57,578 nt of DNA from Spirochaetia bacterium (GTDB lineage: Bacteria > Spirochaetota > Spirochaetia > B11-G9): the NCBI GenBank assembly GCA_029932585.1, contig JAOZPU010000003.1, positions 1 through 57,578 of the forward strand, read 5' to 3'. Positions 47,929 to 55,833 of the stretch are shown here, piece after piece. Every line of letters starts with the position of its first letter. Within the stretch, counting starts at the first letter, position 1. Position numbers and translations under genes: made by a program. The notes beneath the pieces are model-generated. The model did not search any database. It was not told the origin of the DNA and worked only from the letters and a program-made list of their open reading frames with translations.

Positions 47929-48822
47929 TTGAAGGACAAATTGCTTAACATTATACGTAATAATTCAAGTGCTCTCTACCCGGTATCTACTGGAATTGAT
48001 AAAAATATTCCTGAACCTGCGATAATTAAAAGTATTATTTTTGATATCTATGGAACTCTTATAATCTCTGCTTCAGGGGATATTGGTACCTTATCAGGTC
48101 TGTCAAAATCAGATATTTTTCTTGATTCACTAAAAATGGCTAATATAAAAATTTGTACTCAAAATACCGCTGAAATAGGGCTGACTTATTTCTATTCTAA
48201 TATTAATGAATCACATATACTTTCAAAGAAAAATAAAATTCAATCACCAGAAGTAATTATAACAAAAATATGGGAACAGACACTATTACAACTTGTAGAT
48301 GAACAATTGATATCTACTGTTGTTACAGATGAGTTAATACGTACAGTTGCAACCTATTTTGAATGTCATACAAATCCTGTCTGGCCTATGCCTAATCTTA
48401 TAAAACTTATCAAAATTTTAAATGAAAAAAAAATAATTTTAGGAATTATTTCAAATGCTCAATTCTATACTCCTCTCATATTTGAAGCACTTACTAATCT
48501 AACTTTAGGTAATATGGGATTTAATCCGGAACTGATTCAATATTCATTTATTCAAAAAGAAGCTAAACCTTCACTAAAAATGTTTAACTCCATAAGTTCT
48601 AAGTTAACTTCTGTTTATAAGATTACTCCAAACAGAACACTTTATGTTGGAAATGATATGCTAAATGATATATACTCAGCCAATAAAGTTGGTTTTAAAA
48701 CAGCTTTATTTGCAGGAGACGCAAGGTCTTTACGGTTTAGAGAAAACGATGAAAGAGTATCTGATGTAAATCCAAATTTTCTAATTACCGATCTTATGCA
48801 GATTCCTGAATTGATAAAATAA
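47929..48822 (+). CDS. HAD-superfamily hydrolase (haloacid-dehalogenase-like motif I)
   Basis: TTG start. Motif I is FDIYGTL, with later SNA and GDMLNDI motifs. Confidence 0.7.
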   Translation: MKDKLLNIIRNNSSALYPVSTGIDKNIPEPAIIKSIIFDIYGTLIISASGDIGTLSGLSKSDIFLDSLKMANIKICTQNTAEIGLTYFYSNINESHILSKKNKIQSPEVIITKIWEQTLLQLVDEQLISTVVTDELIRTVATYFECHTNPVWPMPNLIKLIKILNEKKIILGIISNAQFYTPLIFEALTNLTLGNMGFNPELIQYSFIQKEAKPSLKMFNSISSKLTSVYKITPNRTLYVGNDMLNDIYSANKVGFKTALFAGDARSLRFRENDERVSDVNPNFLITDLMQIPELIK

Positions 48823-48840
48823 AAGGTGTAGGATTACTTA

Positions 48841-49698
48841 ATGAAACTTAAACAAACATTCATTATTATATTATTAGTCATTTTAGCAGGAACAATTTTT
48901 TATTTTGGATGGATACAAATAGAACTACCAGAAAATACCTATGGCATAGTCTTTACCAAAACAAGAGGTTATCTTCCAAAAGTCTATGAACCTGGTAAAT
49001 TTTCATGGAATATTCAAAAACTAATTCCCTGGAATTTCAAATTACTCAAATTCAATCTTATTTCACAGCATTTAGATATAAACGAACAGGGGCAGCTTCC
49101 TGCTGGAAACATTTATTCTGATTATCTACCGGGAAAACCTGACTTTTCATACAATTTTAAATATTATCTAAACTATAATATTAATTTGGATTACCTGCCT
49201 CAGTTAGTTTCAAAATTTAATTTAGTTCCTGAACAAATGCCCGAAATATATTTAAAACAAAACTCTGAAATACAAATATTTATTTCTAATTTTTATAAAA
49301 CTAAAGCATTGGATAACAATTCTTCAATTGATCTATTTTACAATAGCAATGATATTTCGAAAGAACTCTTAAATCTACTTTCAAAAAACTTTCCTAATCT
49401 TATTATAAATGAGTTTGTTTGTTCAAATATAAAAATTCCAGATGCTATGCTATACAATAAAGCAAAAGAAATATACCTTGCTTCTTTAAATCTACAGAAC
49501 AAAGTTATTTCTGAATCGAAATTAAAAGTTGCTGAACAGGAAATTATTGACAATGCAAATTTTGAAACACTTAAAAAATATGGGGAGTTGCTAAAACAAT
49601 ACCCTTCTTTAATTGATTTTTTTGCTGTAATAGATATAGGCTCTGATACAATTTTTCCACAACTTAATATTGAACTGCCTGTAGAAAATAATAATTAA
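48841..49698 (+). CDS. membrane-anchored hypothetical protein (possibly SPFH-like)
   Basis: An N-terminal TM followed by IELPENTYGIVFTKTRGY, reminiscent of the start of band-7 domains. The similarity is weak. Confidence 0.4.
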   Translation: MKLKQTFIIILLVILAGTIFYFGWIQIELPENTYGIVFTKTRGYLPKVYEPGKFSWNIQKLIPWNFKLLKFNLISQHLDINEQGQLPAGNIYSDYLPGKPDFSYNFKYYLNYNINLDYLPQLVSKFNLVPEQMPEIYLKQNSEIQIFISNFYKTKALDNNSSIDLFYNSNDISKELLNLLSKNFPNLIINEFVCSNIKIPDAMLYNKAKEIYLASLNLQNKVISESKLKVAEQEIIDNANFETLKKYGELLKQYPSLIDFFAVIDIGSDTIFPQLNIELPVENNN

Positions 49699-49764
49699 TT
49701 AGAGAACCCCTTAGAATACCTTTTCAGAGTAACCAGTTATAGTTTTGAAAGCGGCTCTATAGCA

Positions 49765-51513
49765 TCAGCTAATAATTATATGATGGTATAGATGTTCAAA
49801 CTGCTGTATATGAATAATTTGTTCGTTAAGCAATTCTTTTAAAAGAGTTGGTTTACTGTTTACAAAAAAATGCTGATCTAATTGCTCAACAACAGAATTA
49901 CTTTTACTTTTAATAATCTCTATAAAGACTCTCTTTATTCCAGATATAGATTCCAGGCCTAGTTCTGATAATGATTTAGCCTCTCTATCTTTTTGTACAA
50001 CAATTTTTCTGTACATTTTCTGCTGTATAGGATCTTTTGCCATAGAAAATCTAAACTTATTAAATAATTTTCCATCGTCAGAATCAGGTGATAAAGATTC
50101 ATCAAAAATTCTTATCTTTTCTCCTACATCTTCAATTGCGGCACCATACTGAAGCATACTGTCACGAATCAATCGATTTTGTGACAGTATTCCCCTTTCA
50201 AGTAGTCGAATAGTTTCCTGTATATATCCTTTAAAATAACAGGCCATATAATTATAAACAATTTCAAGAGCTTTAATCTGAGAAAACGGAGAAACACCCA
50301 ATTTTTCATAATCAATAGAAGAATACTCTCTGTAATGTTGAAATCCTGAGTATCGCTGACCATGAAAAAGCCTTTCCGTTTCTAATATAATATAGCGTTT
50401 CTGTATTTCTGGAAACATCAATTCCAGTTTGTCGATTATTTTTATGCTTAATGTATTTCTATAAAATTCTTTCAAATCGATTTTTGGAAGATAATACATA
50501 ATCTTAAAATAAGGATTTTTCTTAAAGTATCGAATAATATCAGCTATTGGCATTTTAGAATTGAATTTCGACGATAATTCAATAATATCAGATATAGATT
50601 CAATAATATCTATGTTTTCTAAATCCATATTTTCATCAATATTTTTTACTAAATCCAATTGTTCAATTATTTTCTTATTAAAGTTAATTCGTTTATCAAG
50701 TTTAGTAACTGAATAAAGGGCACAATATAATTTTTCAAGATCTTCAAGACATAATAATGCAGATGCATTTTTAAAGTTAGGTTTTTCAGCACTGGAACTA
50801 TCAATAGGAGTATATCCAAATTGTTGAAAAAATTGTACATAAGGAAAAAGTATTAAATCTTTTAAATAATAAAAGGGCATTAATTCAAATTCGAGATCAA
50901 TAAAAACTTTTTTATCAATTTTTAATATGTATTTATCAAGAGAATTAATTAACTGACGACGAATATCATCTTTTTTACCATTTATACCATATATTTCAAC
51001 AAGTTCATCTAATTCCAAAATATCAAAAGGATCCTTAATACTATTTTGTATTCTACCCTCTATTACATTAAGAAAAAAAGTATTTGATATATCGGGATCT
51101 ATCCATAATTTCTTAAAAAAACCTCGTAAAGGCATAGCAGAACTATATAAGGTATAAACTTGTTCAGCAAAATACGGAGTTAAATTGCGTGTTTCAAATC
51201 CTGTTATATTGGAAGATTGATGACGTATTTTTCTTTTTAAACTTCTAATTTTACTAGATAAATAGAGATCTTTTTCACTTTTCCCTGTAAATTTAGACTT
51301 CAACCACAGAAAAAACCTTACAAAAAGGGGAAGTATATTTATTTCCTCTTTTAATAAAGAATTTTTCTCTTCAATATCAATATCTTTTTCATAAATTTTA
51401 GATTCATTTTTATCAGTAATATTTAAACTAAGACCAATTTTTTTTAATAGATCAGATCTGTCATCTTCTGACAAATCACGTGATAATTCGAGAAAAGCAG
51501 TGTCTTTATTCAA
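49765..51513 (-). CDS. 582-aa hypothetical protein
   Basis: A long intact ORF whose start overlaps the thiN stop by 8 nt. No motif is recognised. Confidence 0.5.
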   Translation of the reverse strand: MNKDTAFLELSRDLSEDDRSDLLKKIGLSLNITDKNESKIYEKDIDIEEKNSLLKEEINILPLFVRFFLWLKSKFTGKSEKDLYLSSKIRSLKRKIRHQSSNITGFETRNLTPYFAEQVYTLYSSAMPLRGFFKKLWIDPDISNTFFLNVIEGRIQNSIKDPFDILELDELVEIYGINGKKDDIRRQLINSLDKYILKIDKKVFIDLEFELMPFYYLKDLILFPYVQFFQQFGYTPIDSSSAEKPNFKNASALLCLEDLEKLYCALYSVTKLDKRINFNKKIIEQLDLVKNIDENMDLENIDIIESISDIIELSSKFNSKMPIADIIRYFKKNPYFKIMYYLPKIDLKEFYRNTLSIKIIDKLELMFPEIQKRYIILETERLFHGQRYSGFQHYREYSSIDYEKLGVSPFSQIKALEIVYNYMACYFKGYIQETIRLLERGILSQNRLIRDSMLQYGAAIEDVGEKIRIFDESLSPDSDDGKLFNKFRFSMAKDPIQQKMYRKIVVQKDREAKSLSELGLESISGIKRVFIEIIKSKSNSVVEQLDQHFFVNSKPTLLKELLNEQIIHIQQFEHLYHHIIIS

Positions 51514-52141
51514 TATTATGATCCTTTAGTTGATTTATCATTAGTAAACTTCCTTCAATCATATCAATATAAAATGGATCAGAGATAGCAATATTACTTA
51601 TCCCCATATCTCCTCTAGTCCACTCAAGGTTATCTAAAGGCCATTTTAGTCCATTACTAGTCATTCGACAAACATTTTTACCTGTTGGAAAAAATGAAAC
51701 TAAATCTCCCTTTAATCCGGATATTGCACATTTTCCGGAAATTTTTTGAAATCTTGTATTATGAGTATACCAGATATCCGGGGAAAATTCCCGATCAAAT
51801 AATAAAACAAGTGCTAAAAAATGATCCATTCGCCCTCCACCGCCACCAATAAGAATAATTTCATTACAATTATTATCCTGTAAATATTTAATTCCCAGCT
51901 CTGTATCAGTCTCATCTTTATCTCTGGGGTATTTCATGATCTTATCAGAAGAATATTGATTAAAACTAGTTAATTCCTGAACTGAATCCATATCACCAAT
52001 TATTATATCAGGTTTTATACCCATTTTTAACGCAGAATCAAAACCGGAATCTGCTGCTACTATTAGATGTGCATTTAATAAATCATTTTTAATTGTTTGA
52101 AACTTTGGAGCCTTTCCTCCTGTAAATAGAACACCTTTCAT
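51506..52141 (-). CDS. thiN: thiamine pyrophosphokinase
   Basis: IVAADSG, IIGDMDS, KDETDTELG and LIGGGGGRMDH are the TPK catalytic-domain motifs. A C-terminal beta-sandwich follows. Confidence 0.8.
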   Translation of the reverse strand: MKGVLFTGGKAPKFQTIKNDLLNAHLIVAADSGFDSALKMGIKPDIIIGDMDSVQELTSFNQYSSDKIMKYPRDKDETDTELGIKYLQDNNCNEIILIGGGGGRMDHFLALVLLFDREFSPDIWYTHNTRFQKISGKCAISGLKGDLVSFFPTGKNVCRMTSNGLKWPLDNLEWTRGDMGISNIAISDPFYIDMIEGSLLMINQLKDHNIE

Positions 52142-52144
52142 ATA

Positions 52145-53239
52145 TTATTGACCGTCACTCATTTGTCTTGCTATTGATTCCAGAATATTTATCTGATTTA
52201 TAATGGAATTACTTTTCCCATCCATCCAATTTTTGAAAAAATCTGGTTGAAAATAGTTTTCAAAAATATTAAAAGCAGAGATTCTTTCATCTTCAAAATT
52301 AACATATTTTTGTTTCAATAAATGTACAGATCTTATAAACTTCAAACGTGGAACTGTTTCTATATTGTTATAAAAAAAACTTAAATTTTCCCAGCTAATT
52401 CTAATATAATCCCAAATACTATTTAAAATTAAATAAAAGCTGTCTAAAATATCCAAAATTTTTGTATATTCATCCTTATTAAATTCCGAAAGAATAAAAT
52501 TTCCTATATTCAAATTACCAATAAAACAATCAGTTCCTGAAAATTTTGAAACAGTGTACTCAATACCATTAATTTTAACTGAAAAATCATTTATATCAAT
52601 ATTATAGTATTTACCCTTTCTTACAGGATATGTTTTAAAATAATTCATTAAAATAACCTTATTTTTTTTAAAATAGTATTTCAATTCGTTAGTTTGTTTA
52701 TTTTTATTCCACCCTATAATAAGAGACTTATTCATTGTTAATAGATGTTCGGTCAATCTATTAATTAAGGGATTAATTAGCTCTACAATATTACCTTTAG
52801 ATTCTTTATTTGTAATAACAGGGAATTCCAATAATAAATAGTTTGAAGATAAGGTTAATGAAAAAATATCATCTATTAATTGTTCTAACAATTTAACAGC
52901 ACCACATGATGATATATCCAGACCATTATGCAATAATCCTTCATTTAATAAATACTTATATTTTTTATTTTTTAGAATAAAATCACAGTTAATAAGTACC
53001 GAAATTACAGGTATCAAATTTACATTATTCGCATTACATATATTAACAATTTTATCAATAAGTTTGTCAGAATAAGCAAATTTTGAATTACTGACCGTAT
53101 CCTCAGACCATGGGAAAAATTCGCCAAAATTTATAAAAATACTATTAAATTCTTTACCTGCTGATAATTCTATTTGATTTAATATATTTTCACTATTTAA
53201 TGGAAAAGATGAAAAATCAAAATATGGAATATTTTCCAT
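52145..53239 (-). CDS. 364-aa hypothetical protein
   Basis: An intact ORF ending 3 nt upstream of thiN. No signal peptide or motif is recognised. Confidence 0.5.
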   Translation of the reverse strand: MENIPYFDFSSFPLNSENILNQIELSAGKEFNSIFINFGEFFPWSEDTVSNSKFAYSDKLIDKIVNICNANNVNLIPVISVLINCDFILKNKKYKYLLNEGLLHNGLDISSCGAVKLLEQLIDDIFSLTLSSNYLLLEFPVITNKESKGNIVELINPLINRLTEHLLTMNKSLIIGWNKNKQTNELKYYFKKNKVILMNYFKTYPVRKGKYYNIDINDFSVKINGIEYTVSKFSGTDCFIGNLNIGNFILSEFNKDEYTKILDILDSFYLILNSIWDYIRISWENLSFFYNNIETVPRLKFIRSVHLLKQKYVNFEDERISAFNIFENYFQPDFFKNWMDGKSNSIINQINILESIARQMSDGQ

Positions 53240-53311
53240 TGCTTTTAATAACCTTCTTGTTTTTTTTCAATTATGATACTATTATTTCCATACATAACTG
53301 GAGGAATAGGA

Positions 53312-54646
53312 ATGAATAACTTAGAAAAAAGAATGGAAAAATTAGGCATAAAGATCCCTCGTATATTAATGCCCGTCAAAGATATCTCAATGGAAAAATG
53401 GGCAGTTGTAGCTTGTGATCAGTATACATCTGAACTTGATTACTGGGAAGATGTTGAAAAAATAATTGAAGAAAAACCATCTACATTAAATCTTGTCTAT
53501 CCTGAATGTTATTTGGAAGAACCAAACCCTGACGAACGAATTAAAAGTATAAATTCAAACATGGACAAATATTTAAAAGAAGGAATTTTAGTAGAAAATG
53601 AACCATCTTTTTTCCTTGTAAAAAGAAGTACTGGTACAGGGAACCCAAGATATGGATTAATGGTAGCCTTAGATCTTGAGGCTTATGATTATTCTAAAGG
53701 TTCAACAAGCCTCATAAGAGCAACAGAAGGTACTATTGTTGAAAGGATTCCACCTAGAAAGAAAATAAGAATTAATGCACCTGTAGAACTGCCTCATATA
53801 CTTGTTTTAATAGATGATCCTAAAAAGCTTGTAATAGAACCACTTGCAGCATTAACTGGATCACTGGAACAAGTTTATGATTTTGATCTTATGAAAGACA
53901 GCGGTCATATAACAGGTTATAAAATATCAGAAACAAACTTAATTGAAAGTATTATAGATGGTCTTGAAAATTTAGCAGATAAGGAAAATTTTAAACAAAA
54001 ATATTCAAAAGATGATGTTCTTCTATATGCGATGGGTGATGGCAATCATTCTCTTGCAACAGCAAAAGCAACGTGGGAGGAGATTAAACATAGCTATGAA
54101 GGATCAGATTTAATGATGCATCCAGCCAGATGGGCTCTGGTTGAACTGGAAAATATATATGACAAAGGAATAACCTTTGAGCCAATTCACAGGGTTCTTT
54201 TTAATGTAAATAAAAATCTATTTTTTAAAGAAATTGAGCTATCAAGTAAATTTAAATTTGAAAATCTTAATTCTATTGAAGAAATTATGTCCGAATTAAA
54301 AAAACAGAAAGGCAAAGATCAAAAAATTGGTTATTGTGACTCTGATAAAATGGGAATAATAATAATTTCTGATCCTACTGCAACTATTCCAGCAGGAACA
54401 ATTCAGAAAATAATTGATAACTATCTTTTAAAAGATAATAAAACCACTGTAGATTATATTCATGGTGAAAATGTAACCCATAAATTAGGCACAGAAGGGA
54501 ATAATTGTGGTATATTTTTACCTGCAGTAGACAAAAATGATTTCTTCAAAACGGTTGTAATGGACTCCGCTTTTCCCAGAAAAACTTTCTCTATGGGCGA
54601 AGCTCATGAAAAGCGATTTTATATTGAATCAAGACGTATTAGATAA
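53312..54646 (+). CDS. DUF1015-like protein
   Basis: The start is set at ATG 53312 (GGAGG upstream) rather than the ORF-track 53273. The size and the central MGDGNHSLATAK resemble the DGHHR region of DUF1015, but the match is distant. Confidence 0.55.
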   Translation: MNNLEKRMEKLGIKIPRILMPVKDISMEKWAVVACDQYTSELDYWEDVEKIIEEKPSTLNLVYPECYLEEPNPDERIKSINSNMDKYLKEGILVENEPSFFLVKRSTGTGNPRYGLMVALDLEAYDYSKGSTSLIRATEGTIVERIPPRKKIRINAPVELPHILVLIDDPKKLVIEPLAALTGSLEQVYDFDLMKDSGHITGYKISETNLIESIIDGLENLADKENFKQKYSKDDVLLYAMGDGNHSLATAKATWEEIKHSYEGSDLMMHPARWALVELENIYDKGITFEPIHRVLFNVNKNLFFKEIELSSKFKFENLNSIEEIMSELKKQKGKDQKIGYCDSDKMGIIIISDPTATIPAGTIQKIIDNYLLKDNKTTVDYIHGENVTHKLGTEGNNCGIFLPAVDKNDFFKTVVMDSAFPRKTFSMGEAHEKRFYIESRRIR

Positions 54647-55183
54647 TCATAACATTAACATATTAAGATCTACTGGACATGCTCCATTACGTAATATTTT
54701 GTACGGTAATTGAGTAATATCTATTATAGTTGATGGGCGGCTGCCTATTAAGTCGCCCTCTTTTACAAATAAATCAACTTTATTCCCAAATTCACTCTCT
54801 ATTGCATGCTCAGTTTCCAGGGTCAGTTGACCGCTTTTATTAACACTCGTTGAATAAAGTGGTTTTTTTAATTCCAAAAGCAATTTCTGTAATCGTTTAT
54901 CATCTGGGACTCTTAAAGCAATTGTATCATTGTTTAATCCAGGTACTATAATTGTCAGAGGTCCCGGCCATAAATTAAGTAGATAGTTATTGATTTTTAT
55001 TTTTGTAAAGTTATGGATCCACTCTTTTTTAATTAGAATTAAAAAAGGTTTATTTTCCCCCCTGCCTTTTATTTCTCTAATTTTGTTATCCGTAGCAGGA
55101 TAGATACCAATAATTCCATAAACTGTATCACAGGGCATTATCACAAGACCTTCGTTCGATAAAATAGAAACAATATTCTCCAT
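54647..55183 (-). CDS. tsaC: L-threonylcarbamoyladenylate synthase (YrdC/TsaC family)
   Basis: MPCDTVYGIIG, KGRGENKPFLIL, LRVPDD, STSVNKSG and STIIDIT. Confidence 0.8.
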   Translation of the reverse strand: MENIVSILSNEGLVIMPCDTVYGIIGIYPATDNKIREIKGRGENKPFLILIKKEWIHNFTKIKINNYLLNLWPGPLTIIVPGLNNDTIALRVPDDKRLQKLLLELKKPLYSTSVNKSGQLTLETEHAIESEFGNKVDLFVKEGDLIGSRPSTIIDITQLPYKILRNGACPVDLNMLML

Positions 55184-55632
55184 TATTGATATATTTTATT
55201 ATTTAATTTAGATTTTGTAGAAAATATAGAAAGAATCAAAAAAAACAGAAATCCGATAATTGATGAATAAATTCGAATATTGCCTCTATTATCCATTTCA
55301 TTAGTATACTTATTATAATAGCTTCCAACAGAATAATTAATACTATTCTTATTATAACCTTTTATAATAATTTCCCCTTCCCCCTCTCTAAAAAAACCAA
55401 GATCTCTTGCCTTCACTGCTATTAAATTTGAATCTGTCCTTAATCTTTTAGATTGACTAACCAGGCTAGAACTAATTTGACTGAGTTCCAGGGTATTTTG
55501 TTCAAGTTTTTCTTTATAACTCTTAAGCTTTTCTGTTTGAATGAGACCTGAGGTTCCCCAAACCATAGATACAATAGCATAAAACATAAATGTAATATAA
55601 ACGCTTAACAAAATTCTATATCCAGGTTTCAT
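55183..55632 (-). CDS. septum formation initiator-like (FtsB/DivIC-type) membrane protein
   Basis: N-terminal TM, then a coiled coil (KLKSYKEKLEQNTLELSQI) and IAVKARDLGFFREGE. A second C-terminal TM is present. It has a TAATG overlap with tsaC. Confidence 0.5.
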   Translation of the reverse strand: MKPGYRILLSVYITFMFYAIVSMVWGTSGLIQTEKLKSYKEKLEQNTLELSQISSSLVSQSKRLRTDSNLIAVKARDLGFFREGEGEIIIKGYNKNSINYSVGSYYNKYTNEMDNRGNIRIYSSIIGFLFFLILSIFSTKSKLNNKIYQ

Positions 55633-55833
55633 AGTAATTTTAACGGCAAATCAGGCGGTTTTCTTAAGCATTGAATATTTTGAATTATAGAAAGAGCTTT
55701 TTACAGAAAATGAATTGTTATTTTACTCTGTTTCTGATAAATTAAAAATGTAATACTGTATTTTAATTTATCAATATTTATGTGATTATTGTCGATATAA
55801 TTTAGTATGTGAACTTTAGATCAGGAGTTTAAG

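Noticed and set aside
55796-55801. A TATAAT hexamer 32 nt upstream of the acidic gene ATG, considered as its promoter -10.
   Set aside because: There is no acceptable -35 (AATATT at 17 nt) and no TG extension. Such hexamers are frequent by chance in this AT-rich DNA. It is left uncalled pending TSS data.
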